From NCBI GenBank assembly GCA_951406725.2, contig OX597814.1, positions 76,198,001 to 76,262,000 of the forward strand: a stretch of DNA of 64,000 nucleotides, read 5' to 3'. The notes under the pieces were generated by a model, which did no database searches, was not told where the DNA came from, and saw only the letters and a list, made by a program, of their open reading frames with translations. Within the stretch, counting starts at the first letter, position 1; every line of letters starts with the position of its first letter. This document shows positions 53,283-64,000 of this stretch, piece by piece. Source of the stretch: Octopus vulgaris. Its lineage: Eukaryota. The position numbers and the translations under genes are program-made.

Positions 53283-53800
53283 ATGCCTTCGATAGAAGAA
53301 AGTCCCAAAATGAATTTTGCTGCAGCCGTCAGCGGGCGCGAACTCATTAAAATTAAAATGGAAGAAATACAAACCTATTTTGGATTGATCACCGACAAAG
53401 ACGGTGAATTTAGGATAACACCACGAAATGAAATAAAAGATAAAATTAAAGAAAAGACTATTGTCTATAAAGTATACAATGTAGAGAAAAAAAAGATTTG
53501 AACACCTGGAGGAAAGCACCATCAAAAAGTGTCTTGGTGCGACTATGAAAGATATCAAGTATCTAACCAGAGGCGGTAAATTCGCCACAATAGAAGCAAG
53601 GTTTGAGTCAACGGAGTGTGCAAGGGAGTACTCGCCGCGAACCTTAAAAAGTGGAAATATTTTATTTTTACCTTTTTTATTTGGGATGTAGGACGTCCCG
53701 GATAAAAATTTAAAATGTCCCCCAAGAAGTAGAGGTAGGCTGGATTGTAGCCACACTTCTATACAAGAGGGAGGACAAGATACAATTGATCGAAATTGCA
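53283..53800 (+). pseudogene. Frameshifted LINE ORF1 fragment (Tx1/L1-like)
   Basis: MNFAAAVSG (S/N-Y/F-AAAV-type motif), then in the shifted frame ...IKYLTRGGKFATIEARFESTECAREY...ILFLPFLFG, an RRM-like ORF1 pattern. Confidence 0.5.
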
Positions 53801-53959
53801 AGAGATGGGCCTACAATTCCAGTCTGTTATATATTTTGAGTATTGTTATCACTAGCGATATATCAAGATATAACTTTGTATTTTGTATTTTATGTGTAGA
53901 TGTATATATATAGATGTACATGTAATATGTACACATATATATACACATATATGCATGCA

Positions 53960-53998
53960 CTAGCACGATGACCCGGCAACGACGGGTCATAATGCTAA
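53960..53998 (+). mobile_element. Helitron-type terminal hairpin
   Basis: ATGACCCG-gcaacga-CGGGTCAT followed by aatg-CTAA (CTRR). Confidence 0.55.
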
Positions 53999-54701
53999 CT
54001 GTGTCGGTGGCACATAAAAAAAAAAAAAAACACCATCCGAGCGTGGCCGTTTGCCAGCCTCGTCTGGCACCTGTGTCGGTGGCACATAAAATCACCCACT
54101 ACACTCTCGGAGTGGTTGGTTTTAGGAAGGGCATCCAGCTGTAGAAACACTGCCAGATCTGACTGGCCTGGTGCAGCCTTCGGGCTCCTCAGACCCCAGT
54201 TGAACCGTCCAACCCATGCTAGCATGGAAAGCGGACGTTAAATGATGATGATGATGATGATGATATGTATACACATAAATTACTTTTTTACTCTGTTACT
54301 TGTTTCAGTCATTTGAATGTGACCATACTGGAGTACTACCTTTTTGTTGAAGAAATCCACCCATGGACTTATTCTTTGTAAGCCTGGTGCGTATTCTATC
54401 AATATCTTCCACTGAACTGTTATGTTAGAGGGATGTAAACACATCAACATCGGTTTCTAAGTCATGGTGTGGGAGGGACAAACACAGACACAAATACACA
54501 TACATAAATATATATATATAATGATACTGGAAGTTCTGGAAAAGAATATATCATAGAGCTTGTGTTTCCCAACGGTAGAGTTATTGGATCAGATGATGTA
54601 AAAATAAGAAAAATCTAAAACAGAGGAGTTCTGTACACAAGTCTAATGACAAGGCTTGAAATGGTCTTCCTTCTGAACTGTGTAGGTCAATTCAGGTGGT
54701 T

Positions 54702-54759
<58 letters not shown>

Positions 54760-54904
54760 CTTTTATGGCAATCTGCCTCACAAATCCTTATCATCTATAT
54801 CTTCCTCATCTTTACCACAATTATTATCAACCACTCCTATCATCCTCAATATTAGCTTCATGATTATCATCCCTCATTATTACCATCACCATTATCATCT
54901 ACAT

Positions 54905-55190
54905 CAGTGGTTCCCAAAGTGGGTGGTACTGCCTCTTCTGAGAATAGTGGAAAGAGCCAGGGGGTGCTGAAGAAAAGTGGGGGCAGTAAAGGGGTGGCCA
55001 AAAGAGGACAATGGATGTAAAAACAACAAAATAGTGGGTTAATTAGCTTAAGCTTTATTTGGGAAATACTGCTGTTTTGAACTTGATGCAGAAAGTAGTC
55101 TATGTTTGTGGTGGTAAGTGGGGTGGGGGCGCTAGGAATGTGACCTGGGTGCCAAGGGGATGGCAACCTGAAAATGTTTGGGGACCACTG
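54905..55190. mobile_element. hAT (Charlie-like) MITE
   Basis: CAGTGGTTCCCAAA ... TTTGGGGACCACTG TIRs; flanks atctacat / gtctatgt (NTCTA-type degenerate 8-bp TSD). Confidence 0.8.
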
Positions 55191-55593
55191 GTCTATGTTA
55201 TCTTCATCACCATCAATTTGATTTTATACTCCTGAATGTTTTTTTAAAAATTGGTCTCTGTGACTGAGAGATAAATAAGTGTAAGTCACACTAATTTTAT
55301 ACTTGTGCTTTACTGGCACCTGTGGTGGTGGCATGTGTAAAAGGATTCGAGCGAGGTCATTGCTAGTACCGCCTGACTGGCCCCCGTGCCGGTGGCGCGT
55401 AAAAAGCACCCACTACACTCTCGGAGTGGTTGGCGTTAGGAAGGGCATCCAGCTGTAGAAACTCTGCCAAATCAAGATTGGAGCCTGGTGCAGCCATCTG
55501 GTTCGCCAGCCCTCAGTCAAAATCGTCCAACCCATGCTAGCATGGAAAGCGGATGTTAAATGATGATGATGATGATGATATATAAATATGCAT

Positions 55594-55650
<57 letters not shown>

Positions 55651-55777
55651 TATATATATACATATAGATATACATACATATATGTATATATATGCACATA
55701 CACACACATATATATATATGAATTTATATATATACATACACATATATATATCTATATATACATACACACACACACAA

Positions 55778-55820
<43 letters not shown>

Positions 55821-55993
55821 GCACACACACATATACATACATATGCATATATATATATATACATATATACATACGTATATATACATATATATACATATAT
55901 ATATACATACATATATATATATATACATATATACACACACACACATATATATACACATAAATATACATGTGTAAATATACGTATACATAAATA

Positions 55994-56025
<32 letters not shown>

Positions 56026-56544
56026 ATAGGGTGAAATTAATTAATTTGGAATAATCATTAATTTACATGCCGAAATCTCTCTCTCTCTCTCTCTATATAT
56101 ATATACTTATATATATATGTATATGTCTATATGTATACATATATATATACATACATACATATACATGCATACATATACATAAATATATAATAGGGTAAGT
56201 ATTAGAAATGAAACTAATATATATATGTTCATAGTAAAAGTAGTAATAGTTTCACTATTAAAACTGAAAGTATTATCTCACATTACAATAGAGATGTTAC
56301 TGTTTCACTTTTGACACTTAATACTGAAATAGTGTAAGAGATAAGAGATTGCTCCAGGATCGCATTAGGCAAGGAGTTAAAAATATTTTTTAGCCCATGA
56401 CACTGCATGGACCCTAAGTAAGGTATGTGTAAAATTTGAATGAAATTAGTAGGTGAGTTCTTGAGTTTTAGTGATGCAGACATACAAACAGACAGATAGA
56501 CACACACATTCTCAGTTTTATATATATAGATGATGATATATAGA

Positions 56545-56584
<40 letters not shown>

Positions 56585-57252
56585 ATATATGTATGTATGT
56601 TGTATACATGCACATGCACACACACACACACGCGCATATTTATATATGCATGTATGTATGTTAGTAGGCAGATAGGTATACACACAAATTTGGCTCTTTC
56701 AAGAATATTCTCTCCAGCAGTGCCTGGCAGGAAGTATTAATGCTACCAGCAAATGTTTAGGTTCTTTTGACCCACATTCTAATATATTGTTTCTCTCTCC
56801 CTATTAATCATACAGCTTTTACACACTAATCCCAGAGATACTTAATGTAGTTCAATGATTTAATGATTTAATGTCTCCTTTCAGCATATAGGCAAGAACT
56901 TTTTTCTGTGCCCTTAATTATAATTGTATTTATGATTTCACCTTAATAGGTTTATTTTCTTATATGCTGGCCACTGATAAAATTTTTAACAATTTTATCC
57001 TTTTACGTTATAACTGAATTAATTCCCATTCTCTTCGGGACAGTTTTAGCCACATACATGCTATTCTCGACTGGCTACACATGTGTCAAGGCTTGCTATG
57101 GAATTTGATATAGATATATTTTGGGTACTTATATGCATTCATGACATTGCGTCTGCTTTTCTGTTCTTATGTATAACTATTTCATTTATTTCCTGGTATT
57201 TTCTGATGAGAAAGGAAAAATCTTTGGGTTAATCCAGAAATTGGTCTGATCC

Positions 57253-57317
<65 letters not shown>

Positions 57318-57318
<1 letters not shown>

Positions 57319-57380
57319 TTTATTTAAAGCAGCAGAAAATTCAATAAAACCTGTTGAATTTTCTGCTGCTTTAAATAAAG
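57318..57380. repeat. Perfect 27-bp hairpin with 9-nt loop at the edge of a (TA)n array
   Basis: ctttatttaaagcagcagaaaattcaa / ttgaattttctgctgctttaaataaag. Confidence 0.95.
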
Positions 57381-57475
57381 CATATTACTCTACCACTGGT
57401 ATTTGAGTACTCTTTTTTCCACCTTGTTTCACATTTATGTGTTTACTCCGGTATATGTATATATATATATATACA

Positions 57476-58636
57476 TCATCATCATCATCATTTAGCGTCC
57501 GTTTTCCATGCTAGCATGGGTTGGACGGTTCAACTGGGGTCTGTGAAGCTGGAAGGCTTCATCAGGCCTAGTCAGATCTGGCAGTGTTTCTATGGCTGGA
57601 TGCCCTTCCTAACGCCAACCACTCCGTGAGTGTAGTGGGTGCTTTTTACGTGCCACCTGCATAGGTGCCAGACAGAGCTGGCAAACGACCACGAGCGGAT
57701 GGTGCTTTTACGTGTCACCGGCACGGGGCCAGGCGAGGCTGGCAACGGACACGAACAGATGGTACTTTTACGTGCCACCGACATGGGGGCCAGACAGAGC
57801 TGGCAAACAGCCACAAACGGATGGTGCTTTTACGTGTCACCAGCACGGGGGCCAGGCAAGGCTGGCAACGGACATGAATGGATGGTGCTTTTACGTGCCA
57901 CCGACACAGGGGCCAGACAGAGCTGGCAAACGGCCACGAACGGATGGTGCTTTTACGTGTCACCGGCATGGGGGCCAGGCGAGGCTGACAATGGACACGA
58001 ACGGATGGTGCTTTTACATGCCACCGACACAGGGGCCAGACAGAGCTGGCAAACAGCCACGAACGGATGGTGCTTTTACGTGTCACTGGCACGGAGGCCA
58101 GGCGAGGCTGGCAACGGACACGAACGGATGGTGCTTTTACGTGCCACCGGCATGGAGGCTAGACGGGGCGGCGCTGGCAACGACCATGATCGGATGGTTC
58201 GCTTAACCACAGCTGCAATTCCCACTGATGTTGATCAACCTAAATTTTGGTTCTGCTTTCTGATATATGATTTGATTTGGTTTGATTTTGATTGTTTTCA
58301 CTGGTCTTGCCGGGTCTTCTCAAGCACAGCATACTTCCATAGGTCTCGGTCTCTGGTCATTTCCTTGGTGAGACCTAAAATTCGAAGGTCGTGCTTCACC
58401 ACCTCGTCCCAGGTTTTCCTGGGTCTACCTCTTCCACAGGTCCCCTCAACTGCCAGGGTGTGGCACTTTCGCACACAACTATCTTCAGCCATTCTCGTCA
58501 CATGACCATACCAGCGCAAACGTCTCTCTTGCACACAACAACTGATGCTTCTTAGGTCCAACTTTTCTCTCAAGGTACTTACACTCTGTCGATTATGAAC
58601 ACTGACATTACACATCCATCGGAGCATACTAGCTTC
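57476..58636 (-). mobile_element. 5'-truncated RTE LINE with a 3'-UTR minisatellite, inside (TA)n
   Basis: [14 protein letters not shown]...RRLRWYGHV...EKTRQDQ*; (CAT)n at 57476-57491 on the plus strand. Confidence 0.93.
57637..58200. repeat. Minisatellite of ~61-62-bp units (about 9), alternating A/B as a 123-bp dimer
   Basis: ggtgcttttacgtg recurs every ~61-62 nt; alternating ...ccagacagagctggcaaac... and ...ccaggcgaggctggcaac... Confidence 0.93.
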
Positions 58637-58663
58637 ATTTATATATACATACATACATATATA

Positions 58664-58723
<60 letters not shown>

Positions 58724-58745
58724 CATACATACATACATACATACA

Positions 58746-58777
<32 letters not shown>

Positions 58778-58818
58778 CATACATACATACATACATACAT
58801 GCATACATATATACATAC

Positions 58819-58901
<83 letters not shown>

Positions 58902-59058
58902 AAAATGTCCATTTCCTTGGTTTTGTGTTTATGTTTTCATTTCTCATTGTGTTCAACGGTTTTTTGGGTGTCCTGTACCCATATATGTATGTATATATAC
59001 ATATAGATGTAGGTACGTACATATATGTATATAGGCATATGTTTTATTTATTATTTTG

Positions 59059-59094
<36 letters not shown>

Positions 59095-60890
59095 TTTAGC
59101 TTCCTTTTTTCATTAATTCTTTTAATACTAATGACTAAAAAGGAAATACAACCTCCTTATGAAGAGAGAGTGATGAGATTAACAATCTAAAACACATGAA
59201 CATAGTGTTCTACCAGCCTCTGCATGGTTGTTAGTCTTACTAAAAACAGCAGTCAAATTTTCTTTATCTGGCAATTTGAAAGATGGCATAACATAAAGAA
59301 GAAATGTTATAACTAAAATAACTAAAACATATAAAAAAGAGATTATTATGTTTGGGATGCCTTTTATTAAATATCAGTTTGATCTGAATGACAAAGGATT
59401 AAATAACTCATATCATTTCCATAAAAGGTATCAAATATCGATGTCATTTAACTAGGTTCAAGACCTTTGTTTTAATGAATAATAATGCAATCCAGTGAAA
59501 CCCCTCTAGTTTATTACTGGTACAAATCCTATCTATATTATGGATGGGTGATGAAGATAAAATGCCTCATGTGGGATTTGAAATCTGAGCCTTGAGAACC
59601 AAAACTGAACACTGCAAAGCATTTAATCTCATGTCCTATTATCTATACCAATCTACTGTCTTCTGATGGATCACAAAACAGCTAATCACTATAAAATACA
59701 AAAACACTTTGGTACATATGAGAAGTTAATAATGTTATGATTATAAAGATGCAATCAAAAAATGTTTCATGTGTCAGGATAATAAACAACTGAGAGCCAA
59801 AACAGAATTAATTAGCTTACTCCAAACACACCACACAACTCATATACATATGTTTCTTATATCAACTAACTCTATAATGTAGATTTAGTTAGAGTTCCCT
59901 TTTGACTGCTTGCCTACATCTGTAACGGATTTTATTATATCTCCTAAGTTCTCAGCCAACATCATTTATTAATTGGTTCATTTTAGGCAGACTTTCAAGC
60001 TAATGCCTTAATATTAACAAGATATCAATGTTTCCATCGAGACATGTTAACAAGACTAACTAAACTATTCCAAGATTAACTAAGCTATTTGTTATACTAA
60101 AAAATAAATGTTTCATCATTTAATTTCAATAATAATCTACTTTCACAGTATTTTGTTAAAGTAAAAAATATTCAGGTTAGTCTATCATAAGATGTACTGC
60201 AGAGATAATATGTTAGCAAGCACATGATTTCCTTTATCTACAGAAAATGATATCTTTTATCTTTTACTTGTTTCAGTCATTGAGCTGTGACCATGCTGGG
60301 GTACTGCTTTGAAGGGCTTTTAGTAAAAAAAAATTGGTCCCAGTGCTTATATTTTTAAACCTGGTACTTGATCTCCTTTGCTGAACAGCTAAGTTATGGG
60401 GACAAAAACAAACACCAGCTGTCAAGTGATAGGCAATAGGTACACACATACACACAAACACACATGCACACACACATGTGCATGCACGCATGCACACACA
60501 TATGCACATGCATGCATCTGTGCACAAGCCAGGTGAAATCACAGTCATGGCAGATGCCAATGTCATGTAACTGGCACGTAAAAAGCACCTTTCAAACATT
60601 GGGCCTCATGGAGGCAGTGACAAGTGACCGAGACCGTTGGCAATATACTGTACTTGAGAAGACCTGTCAAACCTAGTGAGATCGCAGTTGTTGTTTCATA
60701 ACTAGCACATAAGAAGCACCCACTACACTCTTGGAGTGATTGGCATTAGGAAGGGCATCCAGCTGTAGAAACTATGCCAAATCAGATTGGAACATGGTAC
60801 AATTCCCCAGCTTACCAGTTTTCAGTCAAACCATCCAACCCATGCCAGCATGGAAAATGGATGTTAAATGATGATGATGATGATGATGAT

Positions 60891-60923
<33 letters not shown>

Positions 60924-61259
60924 CTTCTCCTTGACTTTTGCCCTATGCAGTTTATGACCATCTGCACTTATGGTCACCAAAAATAAATAAATAAATAAAA
61001 AAATCGACTTTTGGATGTTGGGCAGCTGCGCATATGATAACTATGGCAGTATCTGGCAATGCAGGCACCCACTGCCTGCCACAGTCCCTCACTCAGTCAC
61101 TTTCAAGCATCTGTTGTGTTTGAATGAAAATAGTGTTAAAAAATATAAATCCAACATACCACCAGATCAACTTACAACCTGTCAGTTATAATGGAACTCA
61201 GTTGGAATGGAACTCAGTTGTAAGTCAAGAAGGTGTATATATAATTATCATACATACAT

Positions 61260-62420
61260 GGTGCAGCAATATTAGGGGAAGGTTAATAGCGAAACTAGCA
61301 TTTGTATGTGGAAAATGCACAGATACAATAAATGCTGAAAATGGGCAGAAAATAGACTCCATCAACTGCCAGGGGAACAAGCTAGAGGTAGTAGATAGCT
61401 TCCATTATCTAGGTGACCAAGTTAGTAGTGGAGGTGAATGCTCCATGAGCATAACTGTAAGAATAAGATTAGGATGTGCAAAGTTCAGAGAGCCCCTACC
61501 CCTGCTGGCAACAAAGGGCCTCTCTCTCAGAGATTGTTTGATGCCTGTGTGTGAACAACTATGCTGAATGGCAGTGAAACATGGGCTGTGACAGCCAAGG
61601 ACATGTGTAGGCTTGAAAGAAATGAAGCCAGTATGCTTCGCTTGATGTGCAGTGTCGGTGTGCATGTTCGACAGAGTATAAGCATCTTGAGAGAAGAGTT
61701 AAGCATGAGAGGCATCAGATGTGGTGTGCAAGAGAGACAACTGCACTGTATGGTCGTGTGATGCATATGGACGAGTACAGCTGTGTAAAGAAGTCCCGAT
61801 CTCTAACTTTGGAGGGAGTCTGTGATAGTGGTAAACCCAAGAAGGCATGGGACAAGGTGGTGAAGCATGATCTTTGAACTTTGAGCCTCACAGAGGCAAT
61901 GACTAATGACCAAGACCTTTGGACATGTGCTGTGCTTGAGAGGACCCATCAAGCTAAGTGCACCGGTGCTGGTGGCATGTAAAGAACACCTTTCAAGCAT
62001 TCACAGAGGCAAAGTGGCTGAGTTTCTTTCAAGCATTGGGCCTCACGGAGGCAAAGTGGCTGAGTTCCTTCCGAGTGTTGGGCCTCACAGAGGCAATGGC
62101 CAAAACCTATGGCATTATGTCATGCTTGAGAAGTAGATCCATCAAGCTGAGCAAAATCACAGTCATAGCAGATACCAGTGTCACGCATATTGGCACCATG
62201 CCAGTAGCACATAAAAGCACCCCTGTGTAATGCAACTGGCACCCGTGCTGATGGCACATAAAAGTACCTATTACACACTTGGAATGGATGGCACAAGGAA
62301 GGGCATCCACCCATAGAAAACCATGCCAAATCAGACTGGAGTCTGGTGCAGCCCTCCAGCATGCCAGCCTGTCAAACCATCCAATCCATGCCAGCATGGA
62401 CAATGGACATTAAATGATCA
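61260..62420 (+). mobile_element. Older degenerate RTE LINE 3' portion
   Basis: CSNIRGRL..FVCGKC...LEVVDSFHYLGDQ...NGSETWAVTA; 3' UTR motifs. Confidence 0.88.
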
Positions 62421-62901
62421 ATCAAATCCACAAGGCTTTGGTTAGTCTGAGGGTATAGTTGAAGACACTTGCTCAAAGTGCCATGCAGCAGGACAGAATC
62501 CAGAACAAATAGCTTTCAAAGAGTACTGTTATTAATGCATTAAATTTATTGCCGTTTAACCAAAAGTCAACTCTAATTGAGTAGACTAATGACCAAAAGC
62601 ATTCTGGCAATAGACTTGGTGTATCTAGGACTACATTATCCTTGCTGGCTCTGATAAGTGCAGAATATGAGAATATGTTGATTTAGATAAAGACCCCGGT
62701 TTTGATTTCCTGTTAAAATGACTTTCAGAAAACATGAAAATCACAATTTCTCAATTAACTTTATCAATAGTATTCAGACTTAATTTATCACACAATATAG
62801 ATATCTTAAACTTTTATTTAATATACTGGCACCAGTAAATTTTATGCATGTTTTCCCCTAGAAGAAATACCCAGATGTTTGCATATATATATATATATAT
62901 A

Positions 62902-63941
62902 TGTAGAATAACCATGTGAAAAGGAGATGGTGACGAATGAATGACTCCTTTAAAAGCCAAAATACGGATAAATGAATTAAAGTGCCAGAAAGGAATATGA
63001 GAAGATGACACAACCGTAGTATGTAAGAGAAAGTTTTTATTTTAGATGTTAACATGTGGGTAGCAGAGTGTGTGTCTATGTGCTCGACATAAGTATGTAC
63101 ATAATAATATTAATAGACAGGCCGTCATGCATACAGTAATGTGTATGTGTGCTAGCAGAGTGTGTCTGTGTGTGCGCTATAAGGACATATATAATAAGAA
63201 CAATAAGACAGGCTGTCAAGCATACAATAATGTGTAAGTGTGTACAAACAAAGATGTATGCATGTGAGATAAAATACAGAGCAATAGAAAGTCTATAACA
63301 GTACGCTAGAAGTTCAGACACAAGCTGAAGATAATACCAGTTCGTAGTAAGTTGCACAATAGTTGAGTTCTGTACAAGAAGTTGAGGTCACAAGGCAGAG
63401 GCTGGTTGAACACATGTCATGTAGCAGTTGTGGCTTCTATGCTGTGCCGGGTTACTTGGTACAGAAGGATCTCGCAGGTTGAGCTAGCTGTTAACCTTGG
63501 TGAGTATTCACAAATAGCATGAAGTTAAACCTGGGCGAAGTTGCTGTTGGCATCATTATGTTGAAGGCAACGGTGGTGGAGACAACATTAAGATTGAAGG
63601 CGATGTTAAAATTGAAGGCAATGTTAAGATGAAGGCAACAGTGGTGAAGGTCCTGAATACTGCTAGTGTTGGTGTCACAGTCGCTGGATGCTCTGTGGTC
63701 AGAGCTTAGTCCTTAGAAGGACTAGAACCAAAGATGCGCAATTCAATGAATCGCTGGGTTTTATAGCAAATTGTAGGCTCAAACAGAGCTTTAGAAAAAC
63801 AGTGTCACGGGACCTTATCATAAGGTTGCGATTGGTTGGAGCACACATTGGCGTGAAATAAAGCAAGAAACAAACTGCACCAATACCAACCAATCAGAGT
63901 AGTGGACACAACTGGGCCTAAGCGGCCAAAGGTTGGCTACA
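62902..63941 (-). mobile_element. Solo-LTR-like element
   Basis: Minus strand begins TGTAGCCAACC and ends GGTTATTCTACA; CCAAT boxes, TATAAAA at ~63759-63765 and AATAAA at ~63035-63040 in LTR order; no TSD seen. Confidence 0.45.
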
Positions 63942-64000
63942 TCCGTATTTGTGTTATATATGTCAGAGAGAGAGGATTAATTTCATTAAGTTCTGCTACA

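Noticed and set aside
53259-53801. 180-aa minus-strand ORF
   Set aside because: Antisense to the A-rich LINE ORF1-like fragment; hydrophobic bias reflects base composition.
57639-58505. 288-aa plus-strand ORF with 41-aa repeats, and a CRISPR-like periodic look
   Set aside because: Antisense reading of a 123-bp minisatellite in a LINE 3' UTR. The would-be spacers are themselves repeats, there are no cas genes, and the context is eukaryotic.
59985-60180. Plus-strand exon-like pieces (ADFQANALIL...; 27-nt YFVKVKNIQ between cag and gttagt)
   Set aside because: No recognisable homology and no coherent gene model; chance splice-like sites are common here.

Overview
AT-rich, repeat-dense eukaryotic genomic DNA. 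The tRNA-derived SINEs, RTE-clade LINEs with (GAT)n tails and very long (TA)n/(TG)n arrays point to a coleoid cephalopod, most likely Octopus (inference). The one protein-coding gene I can support is a complete transformer-2 (tra2, SR-like splicing factor) on the minus strand: 10 coding exons assembled by hand from GT-AG sites, ATG at 29706, stop at 12819, 885 nt / 294 aa, RS1-RRM-RS2 layout. The most interesting signals are: (i) a 284-nt AGAA-rich exon (12159-12442) downstream of the normal terminal exon that looks like a Tra2 autoregulatory poison exon placed at the 3' end, followed by more non-coding splice sites; (ii) a second candidate poison exon in intron 5 and microexons in RS1, one possibly mutually exclusive with exon 5; (iii) several decayed minimal type-I hammerhead ribozyme motifs in fold-back, (TA)n-associated Penelope-like remnants at about 40-57 kb; (iv) a PHD-like zinc finger inside the RT of the RTE LINE; (v) nested fold-backs in tra2 intron 1. 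The rest is transposon fossils (Chapaev3-, piggyBac-, mariner-, hAT-, Merlin-, Helitron-, CR1- and Tx1-like) and simple repeats. All coordinates and counts were read by eye and no searches were run.
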